Of a stretch of DNA of 64,000 bases, positions 25,760-35,811 are shown in pieces. The DNA is from Deltaproteobacteria bacterium (lineage in GTDB: Bacteria > JAGRBM01 > JAHCIT01). The stretch covers positions 248,245-312,244 of the forward strand of contig JAHCIT010000001.1 of the NCBI GenBank assembly GCA_026129095.1, given 5' to 3'. The translations under genes were made by a program, and so were the position numbers. How positions within the stretch are numbered: position 1 is the first letter of the stretch; each line of letters starts with the position of its first letter. The notes beneath the pieces are model-generated. The model saw only the letters and a list, made by a program, of their open reading frames with translations, did not search any database and was not told the origin of the DNA.

Positions 25760-26524
25760 ATGAAACGGCCCCTTTTGCTGTTAGTCTTTCTGCTTGCAGG
25801 GTGTGCCTCCCATCCGGGAATAACTGCCAAAAATCCCGCCGGATGCATCTCGGATGAAATCGTCCAGATTGGCACCTTTGGAGCTCTTCTGGCCGGCGCA
25901 CTGGAGGGAACGGTCTCCTACGGCGAAATCCGTCAGTTTGGCAATTTCGGAGTCGGCACGTTCAACGGGCTTGACGGCGAAATGCTCGCCGACCGGGGAC
26001 ATTTCGTCCAGATACGGGCTGATGGCCGGGCCTATCCCGTCGCCGATTCGCAACGAACTCCATTCGCCACGGTCAAATGCTTCCAACCGGACCTGACGGC
26101 AGAACTGGGAGCGCAGCCGGACTGGCAGGAGTTCCAGAAAGCGCTTGATGCACTGATCCCGGCTCCAAACCTCCCGGTGGCTGTCAGGATCCGGGGCCGG
26201 TTCCGGTATGTGAAAGCCCGCAGTGTCGCCAGAAAACTGAAGCCCTATCCGCCGCTTACCGAAATCATCCGAACCCAGCCTGAATTCGAACATCGGGACG
26301 CAGAAGGCCTTATGGCCGGATTCTGGTTCCCTTCTTATCTCTCCGGAATCAACCTTCCCGGCTGGCACCTGCATTTTCTCAATTCGGAAGAAGCGGAAGG
26401 CGGGCATGTGCTCGAAGCGGTCCCGCTGGCCGTTACCGTAGAGATCGACACTGCCTCCGGCCTGCGTGTTCTTTTTCCTTCCAGCGGCGAATTCCACGAG
26501 GTGATCCTGGGGGAAGAGAGATAG
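25760..26524 (+). CDS. budA: Alpha-acetolactate decarboxylase with lipoprotein signal
   Basis: FGVGTFNGLDGEM, TPFA, GWHLHFL...GGHV; lipobox LAGC. Confidence 0.88.
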   Translation: MKRPLLLLVFLLAGCASHPGITAKNPAGCISDEIVQIGTFGALLAGALEGTVSYGEIRQFGNFGVGTFNGLDGEMLADRGHFVQIRADGRAYPVADSQRTPFATVKCFQPDLTAELGAQPDWQEFQKALDALIPAPNLPVAVRIRGRFRYVKARSVARKLKPYPPLTEIIRTQPEFEHRDAEGLMAGFWFPSYLSGINLPGWHLHFLNSEEAEGGHVLEAVPLAVTVEIDTASGLRVLFPSSGEFHEVILGEER

Positions 26525-26601
26525 CCGGACACCGTTTGACCCCTGCCTTGCCCCCGGTCTATCGCAGCATCCTGAGCAGCGGGCTTCATGGTGGGGCCTG
26601 C

Positions 26602-27096
26602 GTGCCGAAGTCATTAAGGATACATATGGCCCATTTCTATGCCCCAGTCCGGTTCAAGGCCGACCATGTCCTCGAATTTCGCCCCACGCGGCATACGCAC
26701 GAATGGGAAGTGACGTTCGTCTTCAAGGGGCCGATCAATGAAACCAACGGTGTCATCATTAACCTGCTGGAAGTGAAACAGGCACTCGACCCCCTGGTCC
26801 GCCGGATCGAAGGGACATTCCTGAACGGCCACGCGGAACTGCTCGCCGCCCCTCCGCCGATCTGTGTGGCTGCCGAGATACCCACCTGCGAGAATCTGGC
26901 CCGGTTTTTCTACTGGTATATGGTGGCAGGCGACCATGATCTCGTGTTTCCCGATCGCGTGGTACTGGAACAGGTTCGGGTCCAGCTTGAAGAACTGGGC
27001 CGGCCAGCCAATGGCGAGAGGGGCTACGCTATCGTGGACGTATCGGATTTCCTGCCGGAACTTCTTCGCCGCCGCCATCTCCAGGTGGCCCGATAG
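26602..27096 (+). CDS. queD: 6-carboxytetrahydropterin synthase-like (QueD/PTPS fold); start uncertain
   Basis: H...HTH motif, FLN, PTCENLA; directly upstream of queC. Confidence 0.65.
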   Translation: MPKSLRIHMAHFYAPVRFKADHVLEFRPTRHTHEWEVTFVFKGPINETNGVIINLLEVKQALDPLVRRIEGTFLNGHAELLAAPPPICVAAEIPTCENLARFFYWYMVAGDHDLVFPDRVVLEQVRVQLEELGRPANGERGYAIVDVSDFLPELLRRRHLQVAR

Positions 27097-27111
27097 GTTC
27101 ATTTTCCTGTC

Positions 27112-27801
27112 GTGAAACCGAAAGCCGTCGTGCTGCTCTCCGGGGGGCTCGATTCGGCCACCGTACTCGCTATCGCAAGGGCCAATGGATTTGATCCGGT
27201 CGCTCTGACCATCCGTTACGGCCAACGGCATGAGCACGAAATCGAAGCCGCCCGCCGCGTCGCCGCCGCCCAGGGAATCTCCCGGCACGAACTGGTGGAA
27301 TTCGATCTAAGGCCATTCGGCGGTTCTGCACTCACTGACCGGTCGATAGAAGTTCCCAAAGGGCGCGTGACCAGCGGCATGGCTTCCGAGATTCCCGTTA
27401 CCTACGTCCCGGCACGCAATACCATCTTCCTGTCATTTGCGTTGGGGCTTGCTGAAGCGTCTGGGGCCCGGGATATCTATGCCGGGATGAACGCCGTTGA
27501 CTACTCCGGCTACCCCGACTGCCGACCCGAATTCGTCGAGGAGTTCGAAAGGCTGGCGAACCTGGCCACCCGCGCTGGCGTACAGGGGGAGCGCTTCCAC
27601 GTGCATGCGCCGCTTATCCGGCTCCATAAGCATGAGATCATCCGGCACGGGCTGGAACTGGGGGTTGATTATTCATTAACCCATTCCTGCTATGACCCCA
27701 ATTCCGAAGGGGCAGCCTGCGGGCGGTGCGATTCCTGCCTGCTCCGTCTGGAGGGATTCCGCCAAGCGGGAGTTCCCGACCCGGTTCGATACGTCCGGTA
27801 G
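27112..27801 (+). CDS. queC: 7-cyano-7-deazaguanine synthase
   Basis: LSGGLDS, TYVPARN, GYPDCR, SCY...CGRCDSC. Confidence 0.96.
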   Translation: MKPKAVVLLSGGLDSATVLAIARANGFDPVALTIRYGQRHEHEIEAARRVAAAQGISRHELVEFDLRPFGGSALTDRSIEVPKGRVTSGMASEIPVTYVPARNTIFLSFALGLAEASGARDIYAGMNAVDYSGYPDCRPEFVEEFERLANLATRAGVQGERFHVHAPLIRLHKHEIIRHGLELGVDYSLTHSCYDPNSEGAACGRCDSCLLRLEGFRQAGVPDPVRYVR

Positions 27802-27953
27802 CTGTTACTCCGTCCGCTGTTTCACATCGCCACAAAGACGCGGCGCATTAATTAAGTCAGAACTGGCGAAAGACACCGCGATTTCCGTGCTTTGGGCACT
27901 ATCCCAACTGTTCAATTCCACTTAGAATAATCGCTGATAGAGATAATTGTGTC

Positions 27954-30900
27954 GTGAAGTTCCGGGTGAGCACAGAATTTCTGGCGGGTGTGGCGCTGCT
28001 TGTCATAGCTACCGCCCCCTATGTTGTCTCGCAGATCATCGAGCCAGAAGATTTTGACGGCGACACGATCAGTGACATCGAGGAAGGCCGTTATCTCCCC
28101 GGCGGGCCACGGGACACGGATGGCGACGGGATTCCCGATTACGCCGATCTCGATTCTGACAATGATACCATTGCCGACATCATCGAGGCCGGTCGTTCAG
28201 ACATCAACCTGCCTCCGGTAAATACCGATCTACTTCCGCAGTTCAACGACAATCTGCCCGACTACATCGATATCGATTCGGACAACGACAGCATCCATGA
28301 CGCGGATGAAGCCTGGCCGCAAGGAACGCTACCGCCTGCCCTTGAAGACCAGCACTCGGCTTCCCAGCTTGCTGACAGCGAACGAAACCCGCTGGTTCCC
28401 AACGACATCACGCCATATCCGGACGGAATCCCGGACGTCCACGACCTGGATTCCGATGGCGACGGGATTCCCGACTACGTCGAGGCCGGCCTCGACATCA
28501 ACCCCTTCACACTGCCGGTTGATACTGATGACGATGGCATCCCGGACTTCCGGGATCTCGATTCCAATGGGGACGGTATCCCCGATATCCTGGCCTGGGA
28601 CAGCGACGGAGATGGAATTCCGAACTATGCGGACTCCGACCCGAAAGACGGCCCCCTTGGAGACTGGGATGATGACAGTATTACCAACGCCGAGGAGGGG
28701 GCGATCCATATCCGGAGCCCGTCCGGGATATGGGTGCTCCAGCCGGGCGGCAGGGATACTGATGGAGACGGAACGCCCGACTACAGGGATTCTGACTCCG
28801 ATAATGATGGCCTTTCAGACAAGATCGAAAAAGGATCGGTTGGCCTCCTGACCGTACCCAGACGCAGCCGCGGGCTCCCCTGGCCGCACGACTACCTCAT
28901 ACCGGATCTGGATGATGACGGAGCAATGGACGGTCTCGACGCCGGCCCCAGCCAGGCCGGACCGGAGTTTTTCACTGAGGGACAGGGCCGTTTTGACAGG
29001 GACTGGGACAATGACGGGATATCGGATGGAGAGGAAGGGCTGGGTGATTTTAATGGCAACAACACCCCAGACTGGATGGAGTCAGGCGCTTCCCTCATCT
29101 GGGACTCCGATGGCGACGGCCGGTGGGCCTGGGATGATGCGGATTCCGACGGCGACGGCATCCCTGATTCGGTCGAAGCAGGACTGACCATCCCTCTCCC
29201 GCATGGCCCGGGCGATATCAGAGGCACCATTCTGGCAGCCGGCAATTTCATAGCAGATGCCTGTCCGCCCACGTTTGCCGATCCCTACAACTTCACCAAT
29301 CCATACAAGCGCGACACTGATGGCGGCGGGATCCCCGACGGTCTGGAAGACCTGAATGGCAACGGCTGCTATGAACCGTGGCTGGGCGAAACCGATCCGA
29401 ACGATCCGACCGACGACGCATCCTTTAACGATCCGGACAACGACGGCCTCGACACTTCGATCGAAATCGGACTTGGCCTCGATCCGTTTGACAGCGACAC
29501 GGACGATGACGGTTTTACAGATGGGGAAGAAAACGGTCTGGATACGGTCGGTGTCCTCCTCCGGAACGGGAGCTCGGTATCCCAGGCGGGTTGGGGTCCA
29601 CAGTTCGCCGATATCGACCACGACGGAATTATCAATGGAAAGGACCTGGATGCGGACGGCGACGGCATCCCCGATTCTCTGGAAGGCTGCTTTACCCTGG
29701 AGCACTTTGCAGCCAATCCCGGCAAATATTACGGCCCCGACGGCATCCCTGATACCGGACCCGGCCAAGGCGGAACCTGGTTCCTCGGTAACCCGGATTT
29801 TCATTTTGCACCGCCCAACTGCACGCGAACCCATTTCCTGAAAGCGGATACGGATGGCGGCGGCATCAGCGATGGGCTCGAAGACAAGAACCGGGACGGA
29901 GTGATCAACGACGGGGAAACCGATCCACTCAACCGGTTTGATGACCTGGTGATCGATCAGGATGGCGATGGACTCTCGGCCCAACTGGAACTGCAACTGG
30001 GGACTTCCGATACCGATCTCGATTCCGACGATGACGGGATATCCGATGCCGATGAATACCGTATTTTCCTGACCAATCCTGCACACCCGGATACCGATGG
30101 CGACGGAATTTATGACGGCACCGAACTCGGCCTGACACTGGCGAACATCATTCCGGCACAGGGTGAAATCGGCGGCACCGACATCTCCCGCGGGTTCTTT
30201 ATTCCTGATGCTGACCCCACAACCGTCACAAATCCACTGAATTCGGATACGGACGGCGGCGGGATCCCTGATGGATCAGAGGACTTCAATCGCAACGGAC
30301 TTTATGAGCCCCATCTGGGAGAGACCGACCCAAACAATCCATTCGACGATGGTACCGCGCTCGATTGCGATGGAGACGGACTGCCGGATGCAGGCGAAAT
30401 AATCGTCGGCTTGAACGCCGGACTGACGCTGGCCCAGGCGGAGGCCCTCGCGTTCGATGCCGACAGCGATGATGACGGCCTGATTGACAGCTTGGAATCG
30501 TTTCAGGATACCGATGGCGATGGAAACATCGGCATTCTGGATCCGGATTCCGATGATGATGGCATAAATGATGGTGTGGAGCGGGGTGTCACTGGTCCGG
30601 TACCTCCGGTGTTGTCGCTTTCGCCCGGATGCCCCGGAGTGCTCAGTGACTACAAAGGAACCAATACTCTTTCTGCCAACTTCAAGATTGACGAAGATCC
30701 TTTAACCGTCACCAATATGCTCAACCCCGACACGGACGGTGGTGGAAAGCCTGACGGGAATGAGGATTTCAACCGGAATGGCAAGGTCGATTTCGGCGAG
30801 ACTGATCCGCTCAATCCCGCCGACGATGGTCCTGGTCCCAATGACGTCGATGGCGACGGACTGTCAGATAACCTGGAGTATCTGCTGTATTTCACCAATC

Positions 30901-33900
30901 CGCTGGATGCGGATACCGACGACGACGGGATAGGTGACGGGCGGGAAGTCTATGTTACCCTGACCAGTCCTATTAATCCGGATACTGATTCAGACGGTAT
31001 CCTTGACGGCACGGAGTTGGGATTGACCGTACCGGATTTCCCGGCACACACCAGCATGGCCATATTCGTCCCGGATGCTGATCCTTCCACAGTCACAGAC
31101 CCCAAGAGCCGCGATACCGATGAGGGGGGGCGGCCTGATGGGCAGGAGGACATCAATCGCAACGGCCGGTGGGATCCAGGGGAGACCAACCCTCTCGATC
31201 CGTCTGACGACAACGACCCGATAGAAGACCCCGCCGCCGACAGTGACGGGGACGGACTGGCCGATTTTATCGAGATCGCGCTGGGGCTCGACCCCAATGA
31301 CACAGATACGGACGACGACGGCCTGCTTGATGGCGAGGAAAATGGCGGACTCAGCGTTACCGTTTATCTCCGGAATGGTACGCCCGTCACCGTCAATTCG
31401 TTCCAGGTCGGGCGGGATGTCGATATCGATGGGATCATCAACGGCAAGGACCTGGATTCCGATGGCGACGGGATCCGGGATTCGGTCGAGGCCTGTATCA
31501 GTCTTGAGGAACTCCTTTCGGACCCAGCCCGCTACGACGGCAAGGACGGCATTCGCGATACCGGTCCCGGCCAGGATGGGACCTGGTGGGACGGGAATCC
31601 GGATTTTGTTTTCGCTCCAGAGGATTGCACCAACACCCATTTTCTCCGGGCGGATACCGACGGCGGTGGCATCAGTGATGGACTCGAAGACAGCTCCCAC
31701 GACGGCGTCTGGGATGAGGGCGAAACCGACCCCCTAGACCCTGCTGACGACACCATCTTTGGCGGTGGCGTGGACAACGATGGGGACGGCTTAACTGCCA
31801 CACAAGAGGCCCTGATCGGCACCAGCGACAACGACATCGATTCGGATGATGACGGCATTTCCGACGGCGCCGAGGTGCTGATCTACCTGACCAATCCACT
31901 GTCGCCGGATACCGACGGCGACGGCATTTTCGACGGAACCGAGGTCGGCGTTACGGCACCGTTCCCATCCGTGGATGGCATACTGGGGACCGACATTTCA
32001 CGCGGCTTCTTTGTTCCCGACGAGGATCCAGACACCACTACCGATCCCCGGAACCGGGACACCGATGGCGGCGGCCGTGCGGACGGTGCAGAAGATTTCA
32101 ACCGGAACGGAAAGATTGACGATGGAGAAACCGATCCGAACAATCCTGCAGATGATGCCCTTCTGGCTGATTGCGATGGAGACGGCCTGCCGGATATTTT
32201 TGAAGAACAGCTCATTGTCACCATTGCGGCAACATACGGCATTGATCCGGCAACACTCGTAACCCTTCCACTGGATGCGGATTTCGATGATGACGGCATT
32301 CCGGACGGGCTCGAAAGTTTCCTTGATACGGACGGAGACGGATTGCCCGGCGTACTGGATCCCGATTCGGACAACGACGGGCTTCCGGACGGACTGGAAT
32401 CCGGGGTGATTTTTGGCGTTGCCCCACCTTCGCCGGTCCCCTTCGGCTGTGCGCCAGCGGCCGGGACCAACACACTTTCTCCCAATTTTATCCCGGATAT
32501 GGACCCGCTGACCAAAACTGACCGGCTGGTTGCTGATACCGATGGCGGCGGCGTGGTGGATGGCGCCGAGGACACCAACCGGAACGGGCGAGTGGATTTT
32601 GGGGAAACAGATCCTCTGAACCCACTGGATGATTTCGGTCAGGGGGATAGTGACGGAGACGGCCTGTCGGACGCATACGAGCTGGCGCACGGACTGAATC
32701 CCTTCGATGCTGATACTGACGACGACGGGATTTCAGACGGCCGGGAGGTGTTGATCCTGAATACCAATCCGGCCAACCGAGACACCGATGCCGATGGAAT
32801 CCAGGACGGCACCGAACGTGGCCTTACGGTTCCGGATTTTCCCGGCGACACGAACATGGCCATATTCGTTCCCGATGCCGATCCTTCGACCCGGACCAGC
32901 GCACGTAATCCGGATACGGATGGTGGCGGACTGTCCGATGGCCTTGAGGACCTGAACCGGAATGGGCGGCTCGATATTTTCGAGACCGACCCGCTTGACC
33001 CGCTTGATGATGGCCCCGGCGGCAACCCCAATGCTGACCGCGATGGGGATGGCCTTACGCTGGCCCAGGAGCAGACACTGGGAACCAGCGATTTCGATCG
33101 CGACAGCGATGACGACGGCATTTCCGATGGCGATGAGGTGAATATCTACGGAACCAATCCGCTGTTGTGGGATTCCGACAGTGACGGCCTTTTCGACGGA
33201 ACTGAAGTAGGTATCGTCACGCCAATTGCCGCAACGGCACAATATCTGGGTACCAATCTGATTACGGGACACTTCCGCGCTGATCTGGACCCACTGACAG
33301 TTACCGATCCACTGAATCCGGATACCGATGGCGGAGGCCGGCCCGATGGGCTCGAAGACATCAACCGCAATGGCCGCATCGACGTTGGCGAAACCGACCC
33401 CAATAACCCCGCCGATGATAACATCATAGTGATAGATCCCTCACAGGACAGCGATGGAGACGGAATCCCGGATGCCATCGAAGTCCAGTTCCGGACGAAC
33501 TATCTCAGTCCCGATTCGGACAATGATGGCATCAACGACTATATCGAGGTGGGCGCACCGGCGACGATCATTCAAGGCAATCCGCTGTACCTGAAGCCCC
33601 CTGATACCGATGGCGATGGCATAATTGATGCTTTAGACCGGGATTCTGATAATGATGGGCTATTGGACGGCGAGGAAGATCGAAACGGAAACGGTGTCGT
33701 CGATCCGGGTGAAACCGACCGGCTGAACCCTGACACCGATCGTGGCGGCGTCAGCGATGGCCAGGAAATCCGTGCAGGCACCGATCCCCTGAACCCCCGG
33801 GACGACGGTGTGCGATTACGGTCAGGCTGCACAGGCGGCTCGACTGATTACGCCCTCATCCTGTTCCTGCTCTCCATCCCGCTTGCGAGTATGATCCGCA

Positions 33901-33932
33901 AACGCCGCACGGGAGGCCCGGCCGCCGCTTGA
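27954..33932 (+). CDS. Giant Ca-binding DxDxDG/TSP3-like repeat surface protein with MYXO-CTERM-like C-terminal tail
   Basis: Signal peptide; dozens of DxDxDG loops; ends SGCTGG-hydrophobic helix-RKRR. Confidence 0.85.
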   Translation: MKFRVSTEFLAGVALLVIATAPYVVSQIIEPEDFDGDTISDIEEGRYLPGGPRDTDGDGIPDYADLDSDNDTIADIIEAGRSDINLPPVNTDLLPQFNDNLPDYIDIDSDNDSIHDADEAWPQGTLPPALEDQHSASQLADSERNPLVPNDITPYPDGIPDVHDLDSDGDGIPDYVEAGLDINPFTLPVDTDDDGIPDFRDLDSNGDGIPDILAWDSDGDGIPNYADSDPKDGPLGDWDDDSITNAEEGAIHIRSPSGIWVLQPGGRDTDGDGTPDYRDSDSDNDGLSDKIEKGSVGLLTVPRRSRGLPWPHDYLIPDLDDDGAMDGLDAGPSQAGPEFFTEGQGRFDRDWDNDGISDGEEGLGDFNGNNTPDWMESGASLIWDSDGDGRWAWDDADSDGDGIPDSVEAGLTIPLPHGPGDIRGTILAAGNFIADACPPTFADPYNFTNPYKRDTDGGGIPDGLEDLNGNGCYEPWLGETDPNDPTDDASFNDPDNDGLDTSIEIGLGLDPFDSDTDDDGFTDGEENGLDTVGVLLRNGSSVSQAGWGPQFADIDHDGIINGKDLDADGDGIPDSLEGCFTLEHFAANPGKYYGPDGIPDTGPGQGGTWFLGNPDFHFAPPNCTRTHFLKADTDGGGISDGLEDKNRDGVINDGETDPLNRFDDLVIDQDGDGLSAQLELQLGTSDTDLDSDDDGISDADEYRIFLTNPAHPDTDGDGIYDGTELGLTLANIIPAQGEIGGTDISRGFFIPDADPTTVTNPLNSDTDGGGIPDGSEDFNRNGLYEPHLGETDPNNPFDDGTALDCDGDGLPDAGEIIVGLNAGLTLAQAEALAFDADSDDDGLIDSLESFQDTDGDGNIGILDPDSDDDGINDGVERGVTGPVPPVLSLSPGCPGVLSDYKGTNTLSANFKIDEDPLTVTNMLNPDTDGGGKPDGNEDFNRNGKVDFGETDPLNPADDGPGPNDVDGDGLSDNLEYLLYFTNPLDADTDDDGIGDGREVYVTLTSPINPDTDSDGILDGTELGLTVPDFPAHTSMAIFVPDADPSTVTDPKSRDTDEGGRPDGQEDINRNGRWDPGETNPLDPSDDNDPIEDPAADSDGDGLADFIEIALGLDPNDTDTDDDGLLDGEENGGLSVTVYLRNGTPVTVNSFQVGRDVDIDGIINGKDLDSDGDGIRDSVEACISLEELLSDPARYDGKDGIRDTGPGQDGTWWDGNPDFVFAPEDCTNTHFLRADTDGGGISDGLEDSSHDGVWDEGETDPLDPADDTIFGGGVDNDGDGLTATQEALIGTSDNDIDSDDDGISDGAEVLIYLTNPLSPDTDGDGIFDGTEVGVTAPFPSVDGILGTDISRGFFVPDEDPDTTTDPRNRDTDGGGRADGAEDFNRNGKIDDGETDPNNPADDALLADCDGDGLPDIFEEQLIVTIAATYGIDPATLVTLPLDADFDDDGIPDGLESFLDTDGDGLPGVLDPDSDNDGLPDGLESGVIFGVAPPSPVPFGCAPAAGTNTLSPNFIPDMDPLTKTDRLVADTDGGGVVDGAEDTNRNGRVDFGETDPLNPLDDFGQGDSDGDGLSDAYELAHGLNPFDADTDDDGISDGREVLILNTNPANRDTDADGIQDGTERGLTVPDFPGDTNMAIFVPDADPSTRTSARNPDTDGGGLSDGLEDLNRNGRLDIFETDPLDPLDDGPGGNPNADRDGDGLTLAQEQTLGTSDFDRDSDDDGISDGDEVNIYGTNPLLWDSDSDGLFDGTEVGIVTPIAATAQYLGTNLITGHFRADLDPLTVTDPLNPDTDGGGRPDGLEDINRNGRIDVGETDPNNPADDNIIVIDPSQDSDGDGIPDAIEVQFRTNYLSPDSDNDGINDYIEVGAPATIIQGNPLYLKPPDTDGDGIIDALDRDSDNDGLLDGEEDRNGNGVVDPGETDRLNPDTDRGGVSDGQEIRAGTDPLNPRDDGVRLRSGCTGGSTDYALILFLLSIPLASMIRKRRTGGPAAA
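29430..33011 (+). repeat. Internal tandem duplication of an ~600-aa super-module
   Basis: Copies start at ~29430 and ~31239 (offset 1809 nt); shared IINGKDLD, DTGPGQ.GTW..GNPDF, GTDISRGFF, GTNTLS.NF and MAIFVPDADPST in the same order. Confidence 0.9.
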
Positions 33933-35788
33933 ACACGCTGTACATGCGGTCCCGGCTCGGATCGCTTCTAACGTTTGCCCTGTTACTGGTATCCCTGAAC
34001 GGAACGGCCCAACCGGCCGGCCCATCCGGTGATGCGGCCATCACGCGGCCCAGTGCCTCGACTCACGGTCTCCTGGAACTTTCCGGTCCAAAACCTCTGG
34101 AACCGTGGGAATTCAATGCCACATTATTCTTTAATCACGCCGGAAGGCCCTCGACCGAATTCCAGAATGCCGCCGGTACGCAGACCTTCCGTTACCTGGA
34201 AAGTCTCTCGACCACCCACTTTGGAGCGGCGGCCGGCCTCCCCTTTCACCTGTCGGCTGATATCACGTTTCCATACCATTTCAGCTCCAAGGGAGAGGAT
34301 ATCAACGGAGCCGCTCTTTCCGGCGGCACCCCCGGCGACATGCGGATCGGCATAAGCTGGGGAGCACAGCCTCCCGGCGAATACGAGTGGCCGGTCATGC
34401 TCCGGGCGATGGTGAGCCTCCCCACCGGAGACTCCAGCCGACTTCTGGGTGAAAAGCTGATGTTTTTTGAACCTCAGGTCATTACAGGCGGCAGCTCACG
34501 CCGCCTATGGTGGACGGCCCAAGCCGGCCTGAGGCTTCGCAAGACAAACCGCATTGGTGATTTCGAAAACGGCCAGCAGGTTACATGGGGCATAGGTGCC
34601 TATACACCCGTATACCGAATCCCCTTGGATCTTGGAGCCGAATGGACCGGCGCAGCCAATTTGTCCGGAACAACCGGGGCCAGTGGGATCACCAGCGTCG
34701 CCCGGGTACAGGCAGTTTACTGGGCCACTCTCGCTTCTTCCGTACTTGTTTATTTCGGTGGTGACCCGGGACTGAAAGGTTTTGGAGCTCCCAAATACGA
34801 GTTCGGCGCAGGTATCCGGTGGAGTTCAAACCCCCGATGGCGGGACCGGGACGGTGATGGTTTCGATGATTTCCGGGACCAGTGTCCGGACAAGGCAGAG
34901 GACTTTGACGGGTTCGAGGATCACGACGGGTGCCCGGAGCCGGACAACGACGGCGACCGGATTCCCGACACAATCGACAAATGTCCCAATGAGCCAGAGG
35001 ACTATGACGGATGGGAGGATGAAGATGGGTGTCCGGACCCGGACAACGACGGCGACGGGATTCTTGATGCCGACGACAAATGCCCCAACGACCCGGAAGA
35101 TTTCGACGGCTTCCAGGATGAAGATGGTTGCCCCGATTGGGACAATGATGGCGATGGCATCCTTGATGTGGATGACAAATGCCCCAATGAACCCGAGGAC
35201 CGCGACGGCTTTGAAGACAAGGATGGCTGTCCCGATCCCGATAATGACGGCGACGGGATTCCAGACGTGGACGATCTGTGTCCTGACGAACCCGAAGATT
35301 TCAACCGGTTTGAGGACCACGATGGGTGTCCGGAAGGCGGCAAACCATATAAGCCGAAACCTAAACCCCGTCCGCCGGTGACGTTCTTTGGCGACGAAGA
35401 CGAAACACCTGCATCCCGGCGGCCGGGATCTCCTGCACCTGTTTTTGGCACCAAACTGGTTGACTCACCCTATCAGTTTGCGCCTGGCTCGGCGGAACTG
35501 AACCGGGGCATGCGTGAACTGATGGAAGATCTCATCATTCTGCTCAAGAGCAATGCCGAGCTGGTCCTGATCGTCGAGGTCTATGCCGACCCGGTCACGC
35601 CAGTGAAAGAACGTGAAACGCTTGTCCGGCGGCGCCGGGATTCGGTTCGTGACTACCTGCTTTTCGACCGGGGAGCGGATCCCAAGCGGGTCGAAATCGT
35701 GGAGATCGCCCAGCCCCAGCTCAAGGGTGCCTCTCCCACTGGCGAGGTCCGCAATATCCAGATGTACGTAAGCCTCAGCAAGCCATAG
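33929..35788 (+). CDS. TraB-like outer-membrane protein: beta-barrel + 5 TSP3 repeats + OmpA-like domain
   Basis: Signal peptide, amphipathic strands, Cys-containing D-rich repeats, then F..GSAEL...R..SVRDYL...G.D..R; TTG overlaps the upstream TGA. Confidence 0.8.
   Translation: MNTLYMRSRLGSLLTFALLLVSLNGTAQPAGPSGDAAITRPSASTHGLLELSGPKPLEPWEFNATLFFNHAGRPSTEFQNAAGTQTFRYLESLSTTHFGAAAGLPFHLSADITFPYHFSSKGEDINGAALSGGTPGDMRIGISWGAQPPGEYEWPVMLRAMVSLPTGDSSRLLGEKLMFFEPQVITGGSSRRLWWTAQAGLRLRKTNRIGDFENGQQVTWGIGAYTPVYRIPLDLGAEWTGAANLSGTTGASGITSVARVQAVYWATLASSVLVYFGGDPGLKGFGAPKYEFGAGIRWSSNPRWRDRDGDGFDDFRDQCPDKAEDFDGFEDHDGCPEPDNDGDRIPDTIDKCPNEPEDYDGWEDEDGCPDPDNDGDGILDADDKCPNDPEDFDGFQDEDGCPDWDNDGDGILDVDDKCPNEPEDRDGFEDKDGCPDPDNDGDGIPDVDDLCPDEPEDFNRFEDHDGCPEGGKPYKPKPKPRPPVTFFGDEDETPASRRPGSPAPVFGTKLVDSPYQFAPGSAELNRGMRELMEDLIILLKSNAELVLIVEVYADPVTPVKERETLVRRRRDSVRDYLLFDRGADPKRVEIVEIAQPQLKGASPTGEVRNIQMYVSLSKP
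34844..35335 (+). repeat. Five 99-bp (33-aa) TSP3 coding repeats
   Basis: DNDGDGI.D..DKCP.EPED.DGFED.DGCP x5. Confidence 0.92.
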
Positions 35789-35811
35789 TTTGCATGGCCC
35801 AATCGCACCGT

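Noticed and set aside
26602-27801. queD/queC as a Dpd or QatABCD defence system
   Set aside because: QueC is canonical in length and motifs; no dpdA, ATPase or TatD partner nearby
27954-35335. DNA repeats as a CRISPR array or DGR
   Set aside because: In-frame degenerate coding repeats; no constant repeat-spacer pattern, cas or reverse transcriptase genes
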